Origin: Candidatus Woesearchaeota archaeon
Lineage (GTDB): Archaea > Nanobdellota > Nanobdellia > Woesearchaeales > GW2011-AR9
DNA length: 64,000 nucleotides
Assembly (NCBI GenBank): GCA_018696595.1
Contig: JABHQW010000001.1
Span: forward strand, 22,428 to 86,427
Direction of reading: 5' to 3'
The notes below the pieces were generated by a model. That model ran no database searches. It was not told the DNA's origin and worked only from the letters and a program-made list of their open reading frames with translations. Both the position numbers and the translations under genes were made by a program. Shown piece by piece: positions 58,260 through 64,000 of the stretch (position 1 is the stretch's first letter; each line of letters begins with the position of its first letter).

Positions 58260-58422
58260 TTTTGAATAGAAAATATTTGTATACTGCGTGCCGGCGCGTG
58301 GATTTTATGAGCAGCGCCAAAGGAGGCACATTTTCTGAACAAAGTGAAGAAAATCTAAGTGCCGTGCCCTGCTCAAAAAATGCGCCTATTGCAGGCAATA
58401 TACAAAATCATGTTATTCAAAA
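58260..58422 (+). ncRNA. Long hairpin element, motif family A copy 3 (core 58309-58374)
   Basis: GAGCAG/CTGCTC stem; CGCCAAAGGA-GGCAC..GTGCC-GTGCC; outer stems GGCGCG/TGCGCC, TGTATA/TATACA, TTTTGAATA/TATTCAAAA. Confidence 0.6.
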
Positions 58423-58489
58423 ACAAAAAGTTTATTAAACACTATAGACTCATATAAAAATAACTAATAATAAAGGAGAGGTGTAAACT

Positions 58490-59281
58490 ATGATTGGACC
58501 ACATCACGCGTCACACGGCCACAAATTAAGATTTTATATTGTTATGATTACTTTAGTAGTAGGAGCGACATTTCTATTTCTGTTTATCAACAATAATACC
58601 GAAGGAATTAGTCTAACTAGTGCTTTTGTTAGTGATATTACTGATGAAACAGTTGAAGGAGAAGCAGAAGATCTCTCTTTAACAGAAAGTTTCTTTGAAA
58701 AGGTTGAAGAAGTTGAAGAAGAAAGTAACAAGAAGGTTAATTTAGGAACAAATCTGGTTAATTTCAAACTATCTTTTGACCAGATCCCAGAAATTAATAA
58801 AGAAGCTAAACTTGAAGAAATTGAGCTTGGATTTACAGATTTAACGACTAAGATTAATGTTAACACAGATAAGTTAGAGTTAAACAATTTGCAAGAAGTT
58901 AATCTAAAAGTTAAAGATTTTGTAGGCAAGGTTGAATTTAATGAATTAGGAATCTCTATTGATGGGACTGCTAACAGAATTGAAGTTAATAACATTGCCC
59001 TCTCTTCAAATGGAGAAATCAAGTTATCTTTCAGTGATTTAGATTATAACTTCTTAAACATTAAAAACTTAGAACTAAAAGAAATTGAACTGCCTAATGG
59101 AGAAGGATCCTTAGAAGTAGGAGAAAAGATGAATTACGATTTAGATAACGAAGAAGTAAACATTTTCTCTTATGAAGGAGAAGTAACCATTAATAGAGAA
59201 TCAGGTACCAGTTTAGATTTAGTTGGAAGTGCTAAAGGTTTAGGTGTTAATGGAGATAACTTACAGTTAAGTTTAAGTTAA
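58490..59281 (+). CDS. Membrane-anchored acidic beta-rich hypothetical protein
   Basis: Single N-terminal TM helix; GAGGTG RBS. Confidence 0.7.
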   Translation: MIGPHHASHGHKLRFYIVMITLVVGATFLFLFINNNTEGISLTSAFVSDITDETVEGEAEDLSLTESFFEKVEEVEEESNKKVNLGTNLVNFKLSFDQIPEINKEAKLEEIELGFTDLTTKINVNTDKLELNNLQEVNLKVKDFVGKVEFNELGISIDGTANRIEVNNIALSSNGEIKLSFSDLDYNFLNIKNLELKEIELPNGEGSLEVGEKMNYDLDNEEVNIFSYEGEVTINRESGTSLDLVGSAKGLGVNGDNLQLSLS

Positions 59282-59339
59282 TTCTTTTTTTCTTATTTTA
59301 TTATTTACTATAAATATTTAGTTTAGCCCACAAAAACAA

Positions 59340-59612
59340 CTACAACAAAAAGCTTCCAGTAAGCACTGAACATTTTCTAAGAACATCTAATTTTCTTATT
59401 TTATCTCTTACAGATTTAACTTTAGATAATCCAGAATTTTTATTTTCTTCCACCCATTTCTCAACAATATCAATCTCTTGTTTAAGAAAATCAGTTAAAT
59501 GTTCTTTAGTTTCAATGTTATGGAGTTTAATATGATCCAGTAAAGCATGGAAATGGGGCTCTTCTTGTAATGACCTAGGAACTTTTTCTAATAGAATTTG
59601 TTTCAATGACAT
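59340..59612 (-). CDS. Hypothetical protein
   Basis: Start moved to ATG 59612 behind GGTGA. Confidence 0.6.
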   Translation of the reverse strand: MSLKQILLEKVPRSLQEEPHFHALLDHIKLHNIETKEHLTDFLKQEIDIVEKWVEENKNSGLSKVKSVRDKIRKLDVLRKCSVLTGSFLL

Positions 59613-59667
59613 TTGTATCACCTAAAGAAGTAATACTTGTGTTGTTAATAAAAGTTATGGAATGAAA

Positions 59668-59844
59668 CTAATACAAACCTTTCTTCTTTAGCTCTTTCTT
59701 TTTAACTTCCCTAATCATCCCAGCATACTTGTCATCTAAAGAAAACTTAGGTGGTCGCGGAAGAATTGCTTTCCCGCCACAACTACATTCCTCAGAAAGT
59801 GTATATTTGTTACAAGAAATACATTTGTAAATATGTTTCGCCAT
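59668..59844 (-). CDS. nop10: H/ACA RNP protein Nop10 (not in ORF track)
   Basis: Manual translation MAKHIYKCISCNKYTLSEECSCGGKAILPRPPKFSLDDKYAGMIRE...; follows eIF2 alpha. Confidence 0.9.
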   Translation of the reverse strand: MAKHIYKCISCNKYTLSEECSCGGKAILPRPPKFSLDDKYAGMIREVKKKELKKKGLY

Positions 59845-59846
59845 TT

Positions 59847-60623
59847 TTAATCTTTATCTCTTTCAAAACTGGCTTCAGAAATTTTATCATTAAACTTACG
59901 AATAATTTCTTCAACTGCTTTAAGATTCTTCTCTGCAGGCTTATAATCCTCATCTTCAATAATCATTTTGTACCTTCCTGCTCCAAGATAAAACAAACTG
60001 ATTGTTGGAGAAACTTTTTCAATGTCAATTAATGCTTTTTTAATTTTCTCAACACCTTCAGAATGGTAAGTACTAATATTAATCTCGCCCTCGATAGTAA
60101 TTTTTTCAGGAACGAATTTATCCTTAATAATTTCAGTTAATTCTTTAGCAATTTCTTTATCAACACCCATCTTAGCCAGATCTGCTTCTTTAGAAGCAAC
60201 ATCTTGAAAACAGATGTAAAAATGAGAATATTCTTCGAAGATTGGTCCTTTAATTTTGTTATAAACATCTTCAGTTTTCTGTTTAAGTTTTTTAGCTATA
60301 CTTTTAACAATACTTTCTGCTTTTAATTCTGACTTGATTTCATCCAACTTTTCTTTTCGCTGGTTAGAGTTTACTCTTCTTAAAGATAAATCAATGTGAC
60401 CTCTTTCTCGATCAATCCTTAGAACTTTACAAACAATCTGTCTGCCAATAGAAACAAAGTCTCTTAAATTTCTAATTCTTCCCGGAGAAACTTCTGAAAT
60501 GTGAACCATCCCAGAATCTTTATACTCTATCATATCTACGAAAACGGAATTAGGATAAATTTTAGTAACTTTACACAGTACAATTTCGTCAACTTCTGGC
60601 AATCCTTCTCGTTTATAGATCAT
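59847..60623 (-). CDS. eif2a: Translation initiation factor aIF2 alpha
   Basis: S1 domain, HISEVS..RIRN, IDLSLRRV. Confidence 0.96.
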   Translation of the reverse strand: MIYKREGLPEVDEIVLCKVTKIYPNSVFVDMIEYKDSGMVHISEVSPGRIRNLRDFVSIGRQIVCKVLRIDRERGHIDLSLRRVNSNQRKEKLDEIKSELKAESIVKSIAKKLKQKTEDVYNKIKGPIFEEYSHFYICFQDVASKEADLAKMGVDKEIAKELTEIIKDKFVPEKITIEGEINISTYHSEGVEKIKKALIDIEKVSPTISLFYLGAGRYKMIIEDEDYKPAEKNLKAVEEIIRKFNDKISEASFERDKD

Positions 60624-60666
60624 AAATATTAAAGAAAGTATGTACTTTATAAATGTTATTGAGAAA

Positions 60667-60840
60667 CTATTCCAACACTTCTAAAACTCTTGCAGAAATT
60701 CTTGCTTTTCCACCAGTTGGATAAGCTAATTCTTTGTTACAAACTAAACACATAACAACCTGACTTGCGTTACCGAAAATGATCTGTTCGTTTTTACACT
60801 TTGAACATCGTACTTTAATAAATTTGCTTTTACCTGTCAT
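60667..60840 (-). CDS. rps27e: 30S ribosomal protein S27e (not in ORF track)
   Basis: Manual translation MTGKSKFIKVRCSKCKNEQIIFGNASQVVMCLVCNKELAYPTGGKA... Confidence 0.93.
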   Translation of the reverse strand: MTGKSKFIKVRCSKCKNEQIIFGNASQVVMCLVCNKELAYPTGGKARISARVLEVLE

Positions 60841-60842
60841 TT

Positions 60843-61151
60843 TTAGATGAACTCCACTCTCTTAGCTCTGATACCTTTATGTTGGCAACTAGATTTTTTA
60901 CATTTAGCACAAGCATACCTTAAATCAGTTTTCTTAGTATTCTTTGCCCCAGTACGTTTAAACTTAGTAACTGCTGGTTTTGAATATCTTCCTAAATTAC
61001 CAACGCCCTTAGCTTTTCCTCTCTTTTTAGCTCTAACTTTTGAGCCTCTACTTAAAGGACTTGCAGTTTTTCTTTTAGTCTGAGAAATCTTATGCTCAGT
61101 ATGAGACTTACAAGTTTTACAAAGCCGTTTTATTGTTTTAGGAATTTTCAT
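60843..61151 (-). CDS. rpl44e: 50S ribosomal protein L44e
   Basis: MKIPK..CKTCKSHTEHK...LRYACAKC. Confidence 0.95.
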   Translation of the reverse strand: MKIPKTIKRLCKTCKSHTEHKISQTKRKTASPLSRGSKVRAKKRGKAKGVGNLGRYSKPAVTKFKRTGAKNTKKTDLRYACAKCKKSSCQHKGIRAKRVEFI

Positions 61152-61208
61152 TTGAATTATGTCTTTAGAATGTAATTCATTTATAAATGTTTTGGGTCAG
61201 GAGGCTAT

Positions 61209-62015
61209 TCAAAGAAATTCTTCAACATTCCTGAAACTAGTCTTAACAAACTTGTTAAAATCCAATCCTCTTTCTTTAAGTTCGTGTAATGCCAATTTTA
61301 CATGCGTACTGCCTTTAGGTATTGGAAATTTAGCTAACATGCTCAAATAATTAAACTGTTTCAAAGCAGCATCTCGAGCCAAGACAGAAGCTGCAGCAAC
61401 TTCAATATATTTTGATTCTGCTTTTGTTTCTCTAATATCTCCGATATTACAGCCAGGATATTGATCAACAACATGTTTTCCGGGTTGTAAATATTGAGCA
61501 CATTGAAAATGTAATTTGTTTAACATCAAAGTCACTTTACCATTTTTATTATATTCTTCGGGTAAAATACTTTTGACTTCACAAGGAACAATTTTTCTAA
61601 TTTTTTCTGCCATAGTAACAATTTCATTATCAGAAAGAGTTTTACTATCAGCAACACCAATTTCTTTTAGTTGGTCTCTCATTTTTTTATCTGCTTTAAC
61701 TGCAGCCACAACTAAACCGCCAAAAGTGTCCCCTTTCAAAGATTCATCACTACCAATAATTGTTCCAGTTTCTCTTCTAAACTTTTCTGCTTCTTTCAGT
61801 TCACCAATATGTTTTCTTCCTAGCTGGATAGCAACTTTTTCTACCGATTCTTCTTTACCTTGTAAGAGAAGTTTTCCTGATTCGTATAGAATTGCTACAA
61901 CCCCACCTTTCTTATAACGAATAGTTTCGTACATTGTTTTAGGGGCTTCTGGAATGAACTTTAGCGTTTTTAATTTTTTCATGTCCTCTTTTTTCACATC
62001 AGCAAATACTACCAT
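61209..62015 (-). CDS. rnhC: Ribonuclease HIII-like
   Basis: N-terminal TBP-like segment (AILYESGKLLLQG), IGSDESLKGDTFGGLVV, VAAASVLAR. Confidence 0.8.
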   Translation of the reverse strand: MVVFADVKKEDMKKLKTLKFIPEAPKTMYETIRYKKGGVVAILYESGKLLLQGKEESVEKVAIQLGRKHIGELKEAEKFRRETGTIIGSDESLKGDTFGGLVVAAVKADKKMRDQLKEIGVADSKTLSDNEIVTMAEKIRKIVPCEVKSILPEEYNKNGKVTLMLNKLHFQCAQYLQPGKHVVDQYPGCNIGDIRETKAESKYIEVAAASVLARDAALKQFNYLSMLAKFPIPKGSTHVKLALHELKERGLDFNKFVKTSFRNVEEFL

Positions 62016-62051
62016 TAAGAATAAGTAAATGATTTGGGTTTAAAAATCTTG

Positions 62052-62717
62052 CTAGAAATCGCCTAACTGACTCTGCCTTTTCTTCTCAACAGCATTATTA
62101 TAAGACTTCCAACTTTTTCTGAAAAGATGTCTGTGTTCTTCATGATATTTGTCCAAGAAATCTTGAGTTTTTTTATCAGACATATAACCAGAACCAAAAT
62201 CAATTCCAATTTCTGTTTTTAGTTTTTCTATATTTCTGTCCCTAATAACTTTAGCAAGAATTGATGCTGCAGCAACAACAACGTAATTCATATCTGCTTT
62301 ATGTTCAACAATAAGTTCTGCTTTATCTTTTACTGCTTGACTTAACTTATTTGCAAAATAATCTTTGTAAGCTGTTAGGTTAATACTTGGACAATCTACG
62401 ATGATTTTGTCTGGATCTAACTGAGAAACTAATCTGGCAGAAGTATCTGCTTCTAACCAGTTTAAATTTGATTCTGTTTCTTTTAATGACAGATCTATTG
62501 CATCTGGTTCAATAACTTCTATTCTGAAATCTTCAACAACATCTCTCAATTGATCAAACAGTTCTTCTCTAACTGAGGAACTTAATAATTTAGAATCTTT
62601 AACACCCATCCACTCTAACTTTTTTATATTCTCTTCTTTGACAGCAAGAGCTACCATTACTAACGGCCCTAAAACTGGGCCACGTCCTGCTTCATCAACT
62701 CCGACAATTATGCTCAT
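62052..62717 (-). CDS. rnhB: Ribonuclease HII
   Basis: GVDEAGRGPVLGP, DSKLL, VDC, KAD..VAAASILAK, GSGY. Confidence 0.96.
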   Translation of the reverse strand: MSIIVGVDEAGRGPVLGPLVMVALAVKEENIKKLEWMGVKDSKLLSSSVREELFDQLRDVVEDFRIEVIEPDAIDLSLKETESNLNWLEADTSARLVSQLDPDKIIVDCPSINLTAYKDYFANKLSQAVKDKAELIVEHKADMNYVVVAAASILAKVIRDRNIEKLKTEIGIDFGSGYMSDKKTQDFLDKYHEEHRHLFRKSWKSYNNAVEKKRQSQLGDF

Positions 62718-62806
62718 TTTAGCTTAATAATACAAATTTGCTTTTTAAAGTTGTGTAAGAAGGGTTAATATTAAAAAGAAAATAAAAAATAAAAACAAAT
62801 TCTTAT

Positions 62807-64000
62807 TTATTTACAATTTAAATTTCCATTTCCGTCAATCTTAAAAATCCAAGGTTGAGTAGAAACATTTAAGTTTGTAGAACCAGCAACAACATACTTC
62901 CCATCATTGGTTTGTTTAATTGCAAATAACTTATCAGTTGTACCACCAGAATATTCTTTTTCCCATTCCAAATTTCCATTTGAATTTGTTTTAAAGATCC
63001 AAGCTTTACCACCCTGTGAAGAACCAAAATGACCAGCAACAATATATCCATTATCGTTTGTTTGATCTATTGAAATGCCAAAAGTCTTTTCACTTTTCTT
63101 AAACTGTTTTTCCCAATCAAGATTTCCGTACTTATCAAGTTTAGAAATTTTTGGTTCGGAATTATATCCTTCTGTAAACACAGCAGACAACATAACATAA
63201 TTACCATCATTTACCTGTTGAATTGAATGTAGACCATGGTCACCTTGAAAGGTTTTATCCCAATCCAGACCTCCATCTGAATCCATCTTTACAACCCAAG
63301 TATGATATCCCCCTACCCCAGATATAGCACACTTACCTGCCGCAATGTATCCACCATCATTTGTCTGCTCAATGTGATTTAAATAACTATTATCAAGTCC
63401 TTGAGAAAAATCCTTATCCCACTTTATGTTTCCACTTGAATCAAGTTTTAGAACTTGAGCATCAAGAAAACTGCCCTCATCTGCAGTCATCAAACCAGTC
63501 AGAATATAACCATTATCAGTTGTTTGGTCAATGGAATAAGGCCCACTAGTAATATTATCCGCACTGAAAAATTTTTCCCATTGCAAATTTCCAGTTGAAT
63601 CAAGTTTAGAAACCCAAACACCATTCTCTGTATAATCTTTTTCAAGAGCCATGATATACCCATTATCGTTTGTTTGCTGAATTGAATTTATTGAAGGATT
63701 TGAGCCCCCTTCAAATGTTTTATCCCAAACAATATCTCCATTTATATCAAGCTTAAATGCTCTAAGCTCATAAGTTGTTTCCGCCCAAGTACTACCCGCA
63801 ATAACAGACCCACCATCATTTGTTAAACCCATAGCACTAGCAATTCCTGAGGCGTCATAAATATGTTCCCAACAAGCAGGTTTCTCAGTAACTATTTCTG
63901 TTACTGTTATATCCTTACCCGGAGCAATTGTTGTATCTTTACCTGGACTTACTGTCACATCTTTACCTGGACTTACTATTAGATCTTCACCAAAATTATC
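62807..64000 (-). CDS. Secreted beta-propeller-like repeat protein, N-terminus beyond window
   Basis: Frame stays open to 64000; repeated QTxDxGY(I/V)xxG...K(L/M)DxxGxxxW(D/E)K units; preceded by 8-aa PGKD repeats. Confidence 0.75.
   Translation of the reverse strand, partial: DNFGEDLIVSPGKDVTVSPGKDTTIAPGKDITVTEIVTEKPACWEHIYDASGIASAMGLTNDGGSVIAGSTWAETTYELRAFKLDINGDIVWDKTFEGGSNPSINSIQQTNDNGYIMALEKDYTENGVWVSKLDSTGNLQWEKFFSADNITSGPYSIDQTTDNGYILTGLMTADEGSFLDAQVLKLDSSGNIKWDKDFSQGLDNSYLNHIEQTNDGGYIAAGKCAISGVGGYHTWVVKMDSDGGLDWDKTFQGDHGLHSIQQVNDGNYVMLSAVFTEGYNSEPKISKLDKYGNLDWEKQFKKSEKTFGISIDQTNDNGYIVAGHFGSSQGGKAWIFKTNSNGNLEWEKEYSGGTTDKLFAIKQTNDGKYVVAGSTNLNVSTQPWIFKIDGNGNLNCK

Noticed and set aside
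58309-58374. Partial likeness to glycine riboswitch (CGCCGAAGG), glmS ribozyme (AGCGCC, GUGCCCUGC), NiCo and guanidine-III motifs
   Set aside because: The other invariant elements of each family are absent, and the copies are not next to matching genes.
58120-58438. ORFs 58120-58398 (-) and 58133-58438 (+)
   Set aside because: They overlap the PH-domain gene and run through the palindromic family A element; probably spurious.

Overview
64 kb of an AT-rich archaeal chromosome. GGTGA/GGAGG ribosome-binding sites, TTTATAAA-type TATA boxes, archaeal ribosomal and translation genes, and several bacterial-type enzymes suggest a DPANN archaeon, probably Woesearchaeota-like (inference, not a database result). 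Most of the window is core genome: psmB-aCPSF1; rpl7ae-rps28e-rpl24e-cutA-ndk-adk-EF2-(ORFan)-EF1A-rps10; glmS; mre11; pgk; YchF; eIF2-gamma; dus; metK; rpl1-rpl10-rpl12; grpE-dnaK-(HD)-dnaJ; fpg; rnhB-rnhC; rpl44e-rps27e-eIF2alpha-nop10. ORFans are interspersed. I found no CRISPR array, rRNA, integrase or transposase. The most unusual signals are non-coding. (1) A structured intergenic motif occurs three times (249-318 minus, 9080-9192 plus, 58309-58374 plus), with covarying stems and conserved junctions (GCC..GA-GGCR / YGCC-GTGCC), always sense to both flanking genes. (2) Four tRNAs carry eight introns; tRNA-Arg has three, and one homologous two-hairpin intron family sits at T-loop position 59/60 of Arg, Thr and Ser. 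(3) A uORF with mutually exclusive hairpins precedes aCPSF1. (4) A perfect palindrome lies over the predicted grpE-dnaK transcription start, facing a divergent wHTH gene. (5) A second repeated leader motif precedes rpl7ae and a small Zn-finger gene. Four genes missing from the ORF track were read by hand: nop10, rps27e and two small ORFs. All tRNA and structure coordinates were parsed manually and should be confirmed computationally.
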